DNA from: Cladosporium halotolerans
Lineage: Eukaryota
Length of the DNA: 64,000 bases
Direction of reading: 5' to 3'
Assembly: GCF_011745625.1 (NCBI RefSeq)
Contig: NW_027191469.1
Coordinates: forward strand, 62,001-126,000
Shown here: one piece after another, positions 47,373 through 58,858 of the stretch
How positions within the stretch are numbered: position 1 is the first letter of the stretch
Layout of the letters: every line of letters starts with the position of its first letter
The notes under the pieces: model-generated
The model's database searches: none
What the model was told of the DNA's origin: nothing
The model's input: only the letters and a program-made list of their open reading frames with translations
Program-made: the position numbers and the translations under genes

Positions 47373-48778
47373 CTACTCTTGAACAACCTCCCCCGACTCA
47401 ATCAGATCAGCCAGTAACCACTCGTCCATGAAGACCGTGCGGATATCTTGCCTGTCTTCCGGCTTCCACTGTAGAATCTTTCTCAAGAAGTCTAGAAACA
47501 GCTTTTTCTCGTCGCCAGCCAACCGCTTTTCCGCACTTTCCAGTGTAATATCGGGAATGGGCACTTCTCCTTTCCAGGCGCCTTGGTCGTCCCAAAAGAG
47601 CATGCTCTTATCCGAGCGTCGCAGGAAGTCAAGCGGAGGAGGTCCCATGATCGCTACCATTTGCGCCAGATGGCGATGCTCCGAATAGCGCCCATCTTCG
47701 TTATGAGGAGTGAAGAGCCTTTCTGGCTCGAAGAGGTCCCACAGCTAAATGGAAGTTTAGTCCTGATATCCACATCGTTCGAACACAGAGAGCAAACGTA
47801 CAGTCATCGCAAACCCCCACAAGTCGATAGAGTAGCTCCAGGGCATTTCCAGCACGGCCTCAGGCGCCCGGTAGAGATCTGGCATCACGAGGCCGATGTT
47901 ACCGGGATGATAGAACCGTGCCTCGCCTAGATCACACAGCGAAGGTGGCCCCTTTGCGAGCGGCATCGGCCTTGAGACGTACACCGTGCGGTCAGGCAAT
48001 TTCTTCCGCGGCATTGGTCTCTCAAGCTCATCGCGCTCGAATCTGACGAACGCAGAATTGTCCAAGACGCCCAGCAGGATGTTCTTGGGCTGTATGTCTG
48101 AATGAATTTACAATTAGCCAGTATCGAAGTCAGTAAGATCCATCGCTAACCTGTATGAATGACACCAGCTTCCTCGTGCAAGAAATGCAAGCCGCGCAGC
48201 ACCTCGCGGAGAGTCTGCCGAATGAGGTCCGCGGCGAACATACGCCCTGGGACCAGCTCTCGAAGTTCTTCGAGGTTCATTCCCAAGGCCTCGTGGACGA
48301 GACATGCGTGCGTTCCGTGAGGACCGTTGATTTCGAAAGATTCCAGTAGTCGTCGCACGCGATCCCGCCCGGCGTGCTCTGAGGACACGCTGTCGATGTG
48401 GTTGTAGATTGCGAGTTCGCAGGGCAATTGGGAGCAATTGGTGCAGACCTTGAGAGCAACGTAGGTCTTCTCTTTCGGATTTTGTAGGTCGTGACACAGC
48501 CAGACAGTGGAAGACGTCCCGTACCCGAGTTTGCCAATGATGCTGTAACGGTCTTGGAAGACGTCGCCGATCCTGACCGGATAGTAGTGCCCCGCTCTAT
48601 AGCCACGTAGTCTCTCCTCTTCTATCAGGGAATCAGAATCCAGAAGCTCGCAACTGGTGGTGCTGATCATTCGATGCTGAGCTGGAAAGCTCACGCGCGT
48701 GTTCCATGATGTTCGGCACGTTACGGCTGATGAGGACGCCCTCGCCGCAACGCGTACACATGGCAGAAGTCGGCGCAT
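47373..48778 (-). CDS. SRPK-like CMGC protein kinase of the fungal expanded family; introns 48150-48098 and 47801-47745
   Basis: Motifs LIEEE....Y....YYPVRIGDVF..RY.IIGKLGYG..STVWLC.D, YVALKV, GPHGTHACLVHE.LG, HTDIQPKN, LCDLGEAR, YRAPE and HLAQMVAIMGPPP. Confidence 0.88.
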
Positions 48779-49137
48779 GCGAAGAGATGCAACAAGCAGC
48801 AGCCTGATCGTAAAGCAGACATCCTCCGAGACTGCCCTTGAAGCATGTGTCTAAAACCACCAAGGTGTCGGTGAGTGCACGGAGCAGCGCGTCATGGCGC
48901 GATGAAACAGCCAGCGGCGAAAGGAAGGGACGTGGGATCGTCTCCTCGTGCGCGACATGTGGTATGCGAGAAGAGGTGAGAGCAGAGTATAGTAAGATAC
49001 GCTGACATAAACCCGGATCTTTACTAGATCACAAAAATAATGTTGTACTAACAGAGTCGTAGACTTGTAACTTGATCATACCATCATAACAACATAATCC
49101 ATCAAACACCCTCAGCTCCACCACCCAAAAACCCCAC

Positions 49138-52100
49138 CTAAATACTCATAAACCAACTCTTCTCCCCCTCCTCCGCCACAACCTCCGCCCTCTTCACAAT
49201 CGGATCCGCACAACTGACCCTAATCCTCTCGACCGTCGCGGGACTCCTCAAACTCAACAAGCCCGTCTCGCCCCACTGCCTCCTCGCCGCCTTCAGCGCA
49301 TCCCTAATCGCGAAGAAAACACTGCTGCCCAGGAACAAAGGCGGCTCGCCCACGCCCCTCGAGCGCTGGATCGTGCGCAGATTCTCCCAGTTGACGTCCT
49401 TGAGCAGACTCACGTTGAACTCCTGCGGGATGTCCCTGAAGCCCGGGATCTTGTACGCGCCCGGGCCGCGCGTGAAGATCTGGCCCGAGGAGCGCTGCCA
49501 CAGCGACTCCTCCATCGTGAAGAGGCCGAGTCCTTGCACGAAGGCGCCCTCGATCTGCCCGTAGTCGATGGCCGGGTTGATGGAGCGGCCGACGTCCATT
49601 TTGAGGTCGGCGCGGCGCGTCGTCCAGTCGCCCGTCAGGCAGTCGATCTCGACTTCGGCGGCCGCGACGCCCTGCGTGAAGTAGAAGAACATCTGGCCCG
49701 TGTTGGGGCCCCAGACGTAGCCGATGTCGGGGGTCTTGTAGAAGCCGTTGGCGGAGAGGTTGACGCGGTCGAAATAGGCGGCGTGGGCGAGGGCCTTCAT
49801 GGAGGCGTCGGGGCCGAGCTTCTCGCGGTAGGGCGCGAGGCGGGCGTTGATCTGCTCGCAGGCGTTGAAGATCGCGTAGCCGTTGAGGTCGGAGCTGGCG
49901 CTGGCGGCGGTCGAAGAGGTGTTGGCGACGGTGTTGGTGGCTGTTTCGGAGATGTAGACGTTTTCTTGCGGCACGCCGAGCGCTTCGGCCGCAATCATGG
50001 TCATCTTTGTGTGCAAGCCTTGACCCATTTCTGTTCCGCCGTGAGCGACGAGGACGCTGCCGTCGTGATAGATGTGTACCAGTGCGCCGGCCTGGTTGAG
50101 GAATAGTGCTGTGAAGGAAATGCCGAACTTTGTGGGGATGATGGAAAGGCCTCGCTTCTTCCACTTGTGCTCTGCGTTGAACTTCGCAATCTCTTCCTTC
50201 CGCTGTTCGTAGGCAGATTCCTCGCGAAGCTGCTTCCACATGAGAGGCACGTACCAATCCTTCAGCGGCTGGCGGAAGTGTGTGGGCTCATTGGCCTTGT
50301 ACATGTTGATCTCGCGAACCTTGTCGACCGGCATGCCGAGCTGATCAGCGATCTCCTCCATGTACGTCTCCGCGATGAACATTCCCTGGGGTCCGCCAAA
50401 TCCTCGGAAAGCAGTATTAGAGACGGTGTTCGTCTTGCAAACGCGTCCACGCACATACGTATTGGGAATTCTGTACGTGTTGTCGATATGGCTGAGCGCT
50501 CGATCGACGACGGCAGCGCTGAGATCCTGCGACCAGCCGCCGTTGTTGAAGACGTCCGCATCGAGAGCTTGAAGCTTGCCGTCCTTGTTGACCGCCACCT
50601 TCCATCGAGCCAGGAACGGATGCCTCTGTCCGGAAGTCAAAATGTCGTCGTCTCGGTTGAGCATACACCGCACAGGTCGCTTCGTCTTCTTGGCCGCAAC
50701 AGCACAAATACCAGCCAGCTGAATACTCCTCGTCTCTTTGCCGCCAAATCCACCACCCAGCCTCTTCACCTTCGCGACAATCTTATTCGCCGCGACGCCA
50801 GTCACCTGCGCGACGTACGACTGCGTCTCAGCCGGATTCTGCGTCGACGTCCACACCTCCATCTCGCCATCCTCGGGCTTCGGCACAGCCACGCAAGCGT
50901 TCGTCTCGAGGTAAAAGTGCTCCTGGCCGCCCATGCGCGCCACACCCTCGAAGACGTGGTCCGCCTTCTTGAACGCCTTCTCCACGTCGCCGTCTTGGAT
51001 GTAGTGGAAGTGCGGGAAGTAAGAGTCCTTCTCGATCGCCTCCTCGATGGTGAAAATCGCCGGCAGCTCCTCGTACTCCACTCTCACCGCCCTGGCGCCG
51101 GCCTCGGCGATTTTCGCGGTCTTGCCTAGGATCAAACCGATCGGCTGGCCGGCGGTGAAGACCTCGTCGACGGCGAAGAAGACCTCGTCGCAGTTGGGCG
51201 CGCCCCACCAGTTCGCCTTCTCGTTGGGCAAGTCTTTATGGTCGATGTACGCCGTGACGCCGGGCAGCTCGAGCGCGGGCCCGGCGTCGACGGAGACGAG
51301 TTTCGCGTGCGCCTTGGTCGACAGAACGAGGTGGCCGTACAGCTCGTTCTGCTGCACAGGGATGTCATCGGTGTACTGTGCCTCGCCGGTCGACTGCTTC
51401 AGGGCGGCGACGTGAGGAGCCTCCTTGCCGAGGATCTTCTGCTCGTAGGCGGCGCCGGCGGTGTGGTCTTTGCGGCCCTTGCTGATCTCGCGCTCGATCT
51501 CGGCGATGCAGTCTTCGTCGACGTCCTGCTTCGTCGCGGAGGGCAGAGCGGAGAGGACCTCGGCATAGAATCTGTAGAAGAAGCCGAGCGCGAGTGACTT
51601 GCGATACGTAGCCATGCCGCCGGGCACGCCGAAGCGGAGGTTGAAGTCGTGCTCGAGTTCGCTCATGACGCCTTCGAGAGTCTTGGGGTCTGTGAAGGTC
51701 TTGCCGTTCAGGAAGGCCATGGCTTGCTTGGCGGCGATGGTGATAGGCGCCATGCCGCCGTAGACGAGCGAGCAGTCTTCGACTACGTTCGAATCGGACA
51801 GGCGCACGCGGAGGGCTGCGTTGACAATGGCGATGTCGTCGTCTTTTCGCTTAGCCTGCTTGTAAGCACGCATGTACTCTCCCTTCTGGAAGACTGGGAT
51901 ACGAATGCTCGCGATGATTGCGTCGGGCGGAAGAGCAGTGACGCGGTAAGCTTTAAAGAACTCGCTCATGGGGATCTCGATCGTTTCTTCGAGGCTCTTC
52001 GCGACTAGTGTTGCGTTGGTGGCGACAAAAACCGGGTTCAGATCTGAGATGGGCGAAGCAGTAGCCAGATTGCCTGCCGGTGTGCCCACGTTCCTGATCT

Positions 52101-53232
52101 GTCGGCCTGCAAAGTACCGGAGCTGTCTGTATATCGCCTCGAACGGCTGGCCCTTCTCCGCTCCATAATGCTTCAATGCCTCCTTCGCCAGATCCTCAAG
52201 ATCCGTGAGTGTAATGTTGCCGCCGATTTCAAGATGATCATCCTCGAACTTGTACTGCCGCAGCTCGGCAATATCGCCCACAAACACCGAATGCGTGTAG
52301 GACATGGCCTTGAACTTGACCTCGATCTGCGTCTCCGTGCTGCCACCGATCATCTTCGCGCTGGGATTCGCAGCCTTGATCTCCAGCAGCTCCCGCAGCG
52401 TCGTAGGCCTAAACCACTTCTTCCGCTTGTTCCCAAACGCCAGCGGCTTGTACTCATGCCTCTTCAGCGCCGGCGGGAAAATGAGCTCCGTCTCCGGATT
52501 GTACTCAATGAACCCCGGCGGCGTGTACTTCTTCGCGGGCTCTCCATTCTCCCCATCAACCCCATTCGCACCGCTCTTACAGCAACCACCACCACCACCT
52601 TTCTCCATACAACACCCACCCCCGCCATTCGCCGTACTCATCCCACACCCCGCCCCAGCCCCAGCCCCAGCACTAAACGACTGCGCCGCGTCCAAAATCG
52701 GCCTGTACCCCGTACACCTGCACAGATTGCCATCGAACGCCTCCTCGACCTCATGCTCCGTCGGCGCACTCTTATTCCTCAGCAGCGCATACGCGCTCAT
52801 GACGATGCCCGGCGTGCAGAACCCGCACTGGCTTCCATTCCCGCGCGCGATCCGCTCCTGAACCGCGTGCGGCCTGCCCACGCTCCCGATCCCCTCGACG
52901 GTGACGACGTGCTTGCCGTCGACGCTGACGAGCGGCGCGAGGCAGGCGTTGACGCTGGCGTGGTAGATTCTGCGCGTGGTGGGGTTGAACTGGGAGACGA
53001 CGACGGTGCAGGCGCCGCAGCCGCCTTCGGCGCAGCCGAGCTTGGTGCCGGTCAGGCCGACGCCGCGCAGGTATTCGAGGAGGGTGGCTTCGGGGTCGGC
53101 GTCGTCGAGGGAGACGCGCGTGCCGTTGAGGTAGAAGGTGAGGGTGTCGGACCAGGATTCTGTGAGGGAGGCGAGGGAGCGGAGGGAGGTGGTCGGGGCT
53201 GCGGGCTCGGGGACGATGAGGCCGGGCGCCAT
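49138..53232 (-). CDS. hxA: Xanthine dehydrogenase (molybdo-flavoenzyme)
   Basis: 1364-aa intronless ORF. 2Fe-2S motifs GTKLGCAEGGCGAC, SQCGFCTPG and GNLCRCTGYRPI; FAD domain FAGRQIRN..ASPISD; Moco domain GGQEHFYLE, KRLGGGFGGKE, AFRGFGGPQG, HGGTEMGQGLHTK and SRGVGEPPLFL. Confidence 0.97.
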   Translation of the reverse strand: MAPGLIVPEPAAPTTSLRSLASLTESWSDTLTFYLNGTRVSLDDADPEATLLEYLRGVGLTGTKLGCAEGGCGACTVVVSQFNPTTRRIYHASVNACLAPLVSVDGKHVVTVEGIGSVGRPHAVQERIARGNGSQCGFCTPGIVMSAYALLRNKSAPTEHEVEEAFDGNLCRCTGYRPILDAAQSFSAGAGAGAGCGMSTANGGGGCCMEKGGGGGCCKSGANGVDGENGEPAKKYTPPGFIEYNPETELIFPPALKRHEYKPLAFGNKRKKWFRPTTLRELLEIKAANPSAKMIGGSTETQIEVKFKAMSYTHSVFVGDIAELRQYKFEDDHLEIGGNITLTDLEDLAKEALKHYGAEKGQPFEAIYRQLRYFAGRQIRNVGTPAGNLATASPISDLNPVFVATNATLVAKSLEETIEIPMSEFFKAYRVTALPPDAIIASIRIPVFQKGEYMRAYKQAKRKDDDIAIVNAALRVRLSDSNVVEDCSLVYGGMAPITIAAKQAMAFLNGKTFTDPKTLEGVMSELEHDFNLRFGVPGGMATYRKSLALGFFYRFYAEVLSALPSATKQDVDEDCIAEIEREISKGRKDHTAGAAYEQKILGKEAPHVAALKQSTGEAQYTDDIPVQQNELYGHLVLSTKAHAKLVSVDAGPALELPGVTAYIDHKDLPNEKANWWGAPNCDEVFFAVDEVFTAGQPIGLILGKTAKIAEAGARAVRVEYEELPAIFTIEEAIEKDSYFPHFHYIQDGDVEKAFKKADHVFEGVARMGGQEHFYLETNACVAVPKPEDGEMEVWTSTQNPAETQSYVAQVTGVAANKIVAKVKRLGGGFGGKETRSIQLAGICAVAAKKTKRPVRCMLNRDDDILTSGQRHPFLARWKVAVNKDGKLQALDADVFNNGGWSQDLSAAVVDRALSHIDNTYRIPNTYVRGRVCKTNTVSNTAFRGFGGPQGMFIAETYMEEIADQLGMPVDKVREINMYKANEPTHFRQPLKDWYVPLMWKQLREESAYEQRKEEIAKFNAEHKWKKRGLSIIPTKFGISFTALFLNQAGALVHIYHDGSVLVAHGGTEMGQGLHTKMTMIAAEALGVPQENVYISETATNTVANTSSTAASASSDLNGYAIFNACEQINARLAPYREKLGPDASMKALAHAAYFDRVNLSANGFYKTPDIGYVWGPNTGQMFFYFTQGVAAAEVEIDCLTGDWTTRRADLKMDVGRSINPAIDYGQIEGAFVQGLGLFTMEESLWQRSSGQIFTRGPGAYKIPGFRDIPQEFNVSLLKDVNWENLRTIQRSRGVGEPPLFLGSSVFFAIRDALKAARRQWGETGLLSLRSPATVERIRVSCADPIVKRAEVVAEEGEKSWFMSI

Positions 53233-55669
53233 GGTTGGGGATGCTGAGGTTGGTTGGTTCTGTGGAGGGTTCTATTGCGGTTGGGTATACATCTGTTCGT
53301 TTGGGGTTGAGAGGGCCCTGGTTGTTGCTGAGGGATCAATGAGAGGGCTATGAACGCGGACGCCGGAGAACAGGGGATGGTAGAATTGAAGGTGTGAATT
53401 GGAAGAATCAGATCTAGAAGAAATGCTAGTTGCTCGAATACTTAGCGATATACTGATAGCGGCAGGTGTGGTTGCTCTCCAAGACTCGCTTGTCCTTATC
53501 TTCGAGAGCGTCGCAGATGGCCGATGGGCCAGATCAGAGTTGCGGGGAGGGGTCTGGCTTGGTGGGCTGGCGGCTCCGCGTGGAGGGCCTGAGGCTTGGG
53601 AGAAGGCACGCGTTGCACGTGGGAAGCACGCAGAGAGCGTCGAAGGTCAGGAGCCATGCGAGCCATGCGAGCCATGGAATTCTCGAGCCTCGTGTCTCTC
53701 ATGCACTCCGCAGTAAAGCAGCCCTGTTTCAACAATCCTGGTTTCCGGGACTGCATCTGGGGTGATGGCATGCTTACCTTACTCGCCATGAGTCTGATTT
53801 CTTCACGCGTGTTTGGGAGATGGATTGCTCTGAGCTGGAGGCGGCGGGCTCCACGTCCACTACTCAAGTCGAGACGATTAGTCAAGCAATTGCCGAGACG
53901 ACGATCCTGGGCCAGATCGGCAGAGAGAAAGGCCAATCTCTTGACGCGCAATTGCTACAGTATGTCATCCAATTTAATGGAGCCGCTTGCATAATAATTG
54001 TGGCCTCCCGCCAGACGACCACAACTCTGTCTTCAGCTGTCAAGTGCCTCTCTGAAACGGCTCGCTCTCCGCGCACCCCGAGTCAAGAATTGCAGGATTT
54101 AGGCTATGTAACATCGCATCCAGGTGGCAGTAGTCACCGCGGAAATTCCACGGACAAATATACAGTCGCGACACCGCATGACAACCATTGCAGGACAAGA
54201 CAAACCCCGCAATCCTTCGCATCCATCGCGTTGCGAAGCGAGCAGAGCGAGGCTGTGCCGCCTGCGGTATGACGGATGCCACCTCCACTGAGGCTGAAGA
54301 AACAATAAAGCAAGATCGCGGGGAATATTATGAATCGGACGGTAGCGAGATGCAGTGCAGTGCGGTACGGCTGCGCTCGTAGCCTGGTGATCGGGCCGCC
54401 GTCGCCTGCGAGGTCAGCCAGGCGCGCGCTGGTGCTGTCGGTCGACACGCGGGGAGAGATGTCGCCACTGTCGCCTCGCAGGCGCCGACGGCTTGCAAAG
54501 CGGCGTTTTCTGGACTGTTCGGGCTTTATGCCGGAATGCGCAATGGGCGTTGGCGATTAGGCGCAGGCAGAGGATGCGGCGGGGCTTGGTGGAAAAGCAG
54601 AAAGGATGAGTGTCCCTGTGTATACTGTATATAGTCTAGGTTTGCATTAGGAGGCGGTAGTGCACGAGCGCGAGCGCGCCCAGTCGGATGCCAGCCGGGT
54701 GGTGCCCGGGCGAAACGGAGTTTTTCCAGCTGATGACGACCTGGAGAGAAGGTGTGACGGCGCACAGAGAAGCGCGCGTCCTTCTGCGCTATCCCGCCAG
54801 TCAGGAGATGTGGCAATTTCAGCAGCGGCTAAGCGTGGTGCAGGCGGCCGACTCGTGCAAGACGCCGCAGCTGGTGCCGCAGAGCAGAAGGCGTAGAGGA
54901 GACAATAGTCAGGCAATAATAGGAAGAATGCAGGCGGCGGCGGCGCAGGGCATGCACTCCGGTGTGCCTTACTTTCGAGGTGCATAAGCACGCATAACAG
55001 GCCACGTACAAGCTCGAGACGCCAGCCTATCAGCGGCGCCGGCGAAGGGAGACACGCGAGTCGCTGCCTGATCCGGGTAGACAGCCTTGGCAGGGTCCGC
55101 ATTTGACCGCGGCTGTTTCAGCTAGCGTCAGGGCCAGCGACGCCGCCGGGCGGTGTCGCGTGAGCGTTTCCGCCGTGTCTGGCTGAATATTGCGATCCTA
55201 CGCCGTCGAGTCCCAGCCCTAGAGGCGCCATTGGAGGAGCTGGTGCTCATCTGCGACACATGCCAGAGGACGGACGCAGGACTGTCGCTTCGGTTGGCAG
55301 TCTGGCGTGATGTGGTGGCGCGGAGGGCGGAAGAGTCGTGCAGAGCCGGCAGAGCGTCTCAGGGCCACGATCAGATCGGCTACGTGGAGGAGGGCGAAAT
55401 TATTAGTGCAAGGTAGATACACAGCACGAGCTGGCGGCGGCCGGCAGCACTCGCACACATGACCGCCGCCGCACAGCGCATTATTCACCGCAGACCCGCG
55501 GGCGAGGCAGCCTTGTGATCGCGGCCGCGCCCATTCACTCGCTCTAAAAATACGGGCATTTTCCGGGGTGGAGTGGAAGGATGGAGGCGTAGCAGGCCTT
55601 CGCACCGCAGGCGAAGCAGCGCCCGTAAATCTGCAGGCTAGCCCCAGTCCGTGCCGCAGGGCCCCTTTA

Positions 55670-55670
<1 letters not shown>

Positions 55671-55698
<28 letters not shown>
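55671..55698. repeat. (GTCGCC)n hexanucleotide microsatellite upstream of the sulfatase-like gene
   Basis: Directly visible, about 4.5 copies. Confidence 0.85.
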
Positions 55699-55701
<3 letters not shown>

Positions 55702-55850
55702 GCCGCGCGCTCGCCTCCCAAGGTTCGCTGCAGGCGCGCGAGAGAGAACATTCCGGGAAGATTCTTTCCTGCGACCGCCCAAAAGACTGGTATACACACT
55801 CCCCTAGCGGACCCCATCGACTCCCCTCTCTGCCTGCGGGCGCCTGCAGC

Positions 55851-58376
55851 ATGGAGTCGAGACTGCCTTCGTCCCTCGTCGCCCTAGCGCAAACCCTCCT
55901 GGGCGTGGCGTCTCGACTTCTCACCCGCCAGTTCATCTTCGCCGTCGCCTGCGTCGCGATACTGAGCGCGAAACTGCTACACATCTACGCCCACCTGGAC
56001 GCATTACAACTGCACACCGTATTCGGCTGGGGCTGGTCTTTCTTTTTCCAGGATACCGTTGTTCTGCTGCTTTTGCGATTGCTCCTGGACCAGGGAATCT
56101 TTGCGACATGCATTGCCTTCTGCATCTCCGCCCTGCTGCTGCTCATGGGCTCCGGCAGCACGGCCTTCTACATCACAGCCGGCACGGAACTGCGCTGGAA
56201 GAACATGAAAGCCATTCATGACCCCTCGGCTTTTAAAATGTTGGCCACCGGAATTTTCATGCTGCTCGTGGTCATGGCGGTCCTTTTCGTGGTGTCGATG
56301 GTGTTGCAATCGGTTTGCTTCGTCGTCGCCGACACTTGCATTGACGTGTTGCGAGTTCCTGTAAACGCGCTGTACAGACTTGCACGCAAAGGTTTCGCCA
56401 AGTGGCGAGGCAAGGAACTGCCGGAGGAGGAAGAACCCAAGTCTTACCTTTTACTATCGCAAGACCACGACGACGACTCTGATGACTTCGCATACGACCT
56501 CGAGACAAATTCTGCCGGTTCCAGTCAGCAGACTCCTCCGTCAGCTTCGGCACTCATGATTTGCTTACGCTTACTCGTTGGATTCGGCATGGCCCTGCAG
56601 GTACTCTGCACAATGTTCCGTCCGCCTGACAGCTCGTTGGTTTTCCTGTCCTGGACGTTGCCTTTGATGCCGATTGTTCATTTGATGGTAGGAGCGACTC
56701 TGTCCACTGTTGTGGCGCTTCCGGTCACCTTCCAGCACATCACCGCACTGGCTCCGCCGATCGCTTTCTCCTGGTTGCCAGACAAACCTCACGCAGGCTT
56801 CGAGGACTGGTACAACAACAAACCTCATTACAGCGCGGAGAAAGATCCGCTGGAGCTGAGCAACCTCGACCAGGAGCTTCTGCCGGAGCTTCAGAAAATC
56901 GACCTTGGAGATGTTCCCATTAAGCACGTGATGCTGATGAAGCTGGAGAGCACAAGGAAGGACGTTTTCCCGTTGAAGAAGAATGCTGGAGTCTGGGACC
57001 GACTTGCGAGCACGTTTAAAAACAACACGATCCCCCCTAAGATCGAGCAGCAAATCGCATCTCTGACGCCGATGGCTCGCTATCTGACTGGTGACCTTGA
57101 GAACGGATTTGCCAACGGCAGCCACAACCTCGAGCGCAACGGCCGTACATTCCGCGGCGGAATCAGTGCACAGAACGCGCACACGACCGCCACATACACA
57201 TTAAAGAGCTTGCTCGGCACGCATTGCGGTATCGTACCACTTGTTGCCGACTTCAACATTGAGTACACGCAGCACATCTATCAGCCGTGCTTGCCGCACA
57301 TTTTTGATGCATTCAACGATCTCAAATGTGGCAACGAGAGCAATCAGGGAGCCAGCAACTGGACTTCCAAATACATGCAATCGACCACACTCGGATACGA
57401 CAACCAGGACTTGCTGATGCCCAAGCTCGGCTTCAGCGAAGACAACATCATCGGTGGCGAATACCTGAAGGAAGAAGGCCACAAGTTCCCGCCCAAAAAC
57501 ATCAGCGACGTCAACTACTACGGCATGCCCGAGATCGCAATCGAGGACTACCTCCGCGACGCCTTCGCCACGGCCAAGAAGACCGGCGACCGTCTCTTCC
57601 TCTCCCACCTGACCAGCACCTCGCACCACGACTTCTCCCTCCCCGAAGACGAGAAAATGGTCGACCTCGCCGGCAACAAAGACTGGGACATGCTGTCGCG
57701 CTACCTCAACTCGATCGGCTACGTGGACCGCTGGCTGGGCAAAATCCTCGACATCCTCGACGAGCAGGGCGTCGCGGACGAAACGCTCATCATCTTCGTC
57801 GGCGACCACGGCCTCAGCATCGCCGAAGACAACTCCTTCACGCCCTACCACAACCCCAAGATCTCCAACTTCCACGTGCCCCTCGTCGTCTCCCACCCGA
57901 GCCTCCCGCGCATCAACCTCACCGAGCCCGTCACCTCGCTGCAAATCCTGCCCACCGTCCTCGACCTCCTCCTCGAAACGCAAACCCTCACCCCCTGCGA
58001 AGCGACCGCCGCCCGCGAGCTCCTCCGCAACTACGAGGGCCAGTCCCTCCTGCGCTCGCAGAAGACCATCTCGGACGACAACAAGCACCTCGGCTGGCAG
58101 TTCACGATCATGAACCCGGGCGGGTCCTCGCTCGCCGTGCGCGACGCCAACCACCCCGAGCTCCGCCTGATCGTGCCGCTGATGGCCGGCAGCGAGTGGC
58201 GCTTCACGGACCTGGCGGAGGACTCGTACGAGAAGGAGGCGGTGCTGTCGTTCGATTTCAACACGCTCGTGCGCCGCCTCGACAACCAGGTGCAGCAGGC
58301 GTGGGTCAAGAAGGCGGTGCAGATGGCCGAGTGGTGGGTGGAGGAGAATCGGAAGAGGTATCGGTTTAAGCCTTGA
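55851..58376 (+). CDS. Membrane-anchored alkaline-phosphatase-superfamily protein (sulfatase-domain / LtaS-like)
   Basis: 841-aa ORF with several N-terminal TM helices, then IKHVMLMKLESTRKDVFP, TTATYTLKSL.GTHCG, LSHLTSTSHH, YLNSIGYVD.WLGKIL and ETLIIFVGDHG. Confidence 0.82.
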   Translation: MESRLPSSLVALAQTLLGVASRLLTRQFIFAVACVAILSAKLLHIYAHLDALQLHTVFGWGWSFFFQDTVVLLLLRLLLDQGIFATCIAFCISALLLLMGSGSTAFYITAGTELRWKNMKAIHDPSAFKMLATGIFMLLVVMAVLFVVSMVLQSVCFVVADTCIDVLRVPVNALYRLARKGFAKWRGKELPEEEEPKSYLLLSQDHDDDSDDFAYDLETNSAGSSQQTPPSASALMICLRLLVGFGMALQVLCTMFRPPDSSLVFLSWTLPLMPIVHLMVGATLSTVVALPVTFQHITALAPPIAFSWLPDKPHAGFEDWYNNKPHYSAEKDPLELSNLDQELLPELQKIDLGDVPIKHVMLMKLESTRKDVFPLKKNAGVWDRLASTFKNNTIPPKIEQQIASLTPMARYLTGDLENGFANGSHNLERNGRTFRGGISAQNAHTTATYTLKSLLGTHCGIVPLVADFNIEYTQHIYQPCLPHIFDAFNDLKCGNESNQGASNWTSKYMQSTTLGYDNQDLLMPKLGFSEDNIIGGEYLKEEGHKFPPKNISDVNYYGMPEIAIEDYLRDAFATAKKTGDRLFLSHLTSTSHHDFSLPEDEKMVDLAGNKDWDMLSRYLNSIGYVDRWLGKILDILDEQGVADETLIIFVGDHGLSIAEDNSFTPYHNPKISNFHVPLVVSHPSLPRINLTEPVTSLQILPTVLDLLLETQTLTPCEATAARELLRNYEGQSLLRSQKTISDDNKHLGWQFTIMNPGGSSLAVRDANHPELRLIVPLMAGSEWRFTDLAEDSYEKEAVLSFDFNTLVRRLDNQVQQAWVKKAVQMAEWWVEENRKRYRFKP

Positions 58377-58858
58377 TGGTCCTTGTTTGGGATTTGCTTG
58401 GCTTTTTGATGTTTTGGGTTTGGGTTTGGGTTTGGTTTGCGTTAATGCATTGCGTGCGTGCGTGGGTTGTTTTTGCTTTTTTATCATCATCACCATGGGG
58501 TGGCGGCGCGATCGCTACGGAGTGGAATTGTTCTTTCTAAATCATTAGACGCGGGTTTTCCCCTCCCCCCTATCCTTAGCCGGGGGAGCGAGGATGCCTC
58601 GGTCAGCATATGCATGTGTGAGATTAGAGCGGCGAATAGGGAAGGGCAAAGATAACAAGGAAACCAAAAGAAACGTCTCCATTCTAGCCCCCTCCCATGC
58701 CACGGTCTTACAAGGGTCGCTTCGCGTCGGATGCCATGATTGTGACCATCGTGACCGACGGTTCCGATAACACTCCACGTAATAGCAGGCCATGAACCTC
58801 TGCTATAGCTCCTCTGAGGGCGTCCATAGTGACGCTTCCGCCCCTGCTGGAATACTTC

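Noticed and set aside
57201..58496. 431-aa minus-strand ORF and 347-aa alternative-frame plus ORF
   Set aside because: Both are by-products of extreme codon bias in the sulfatase-like gene.
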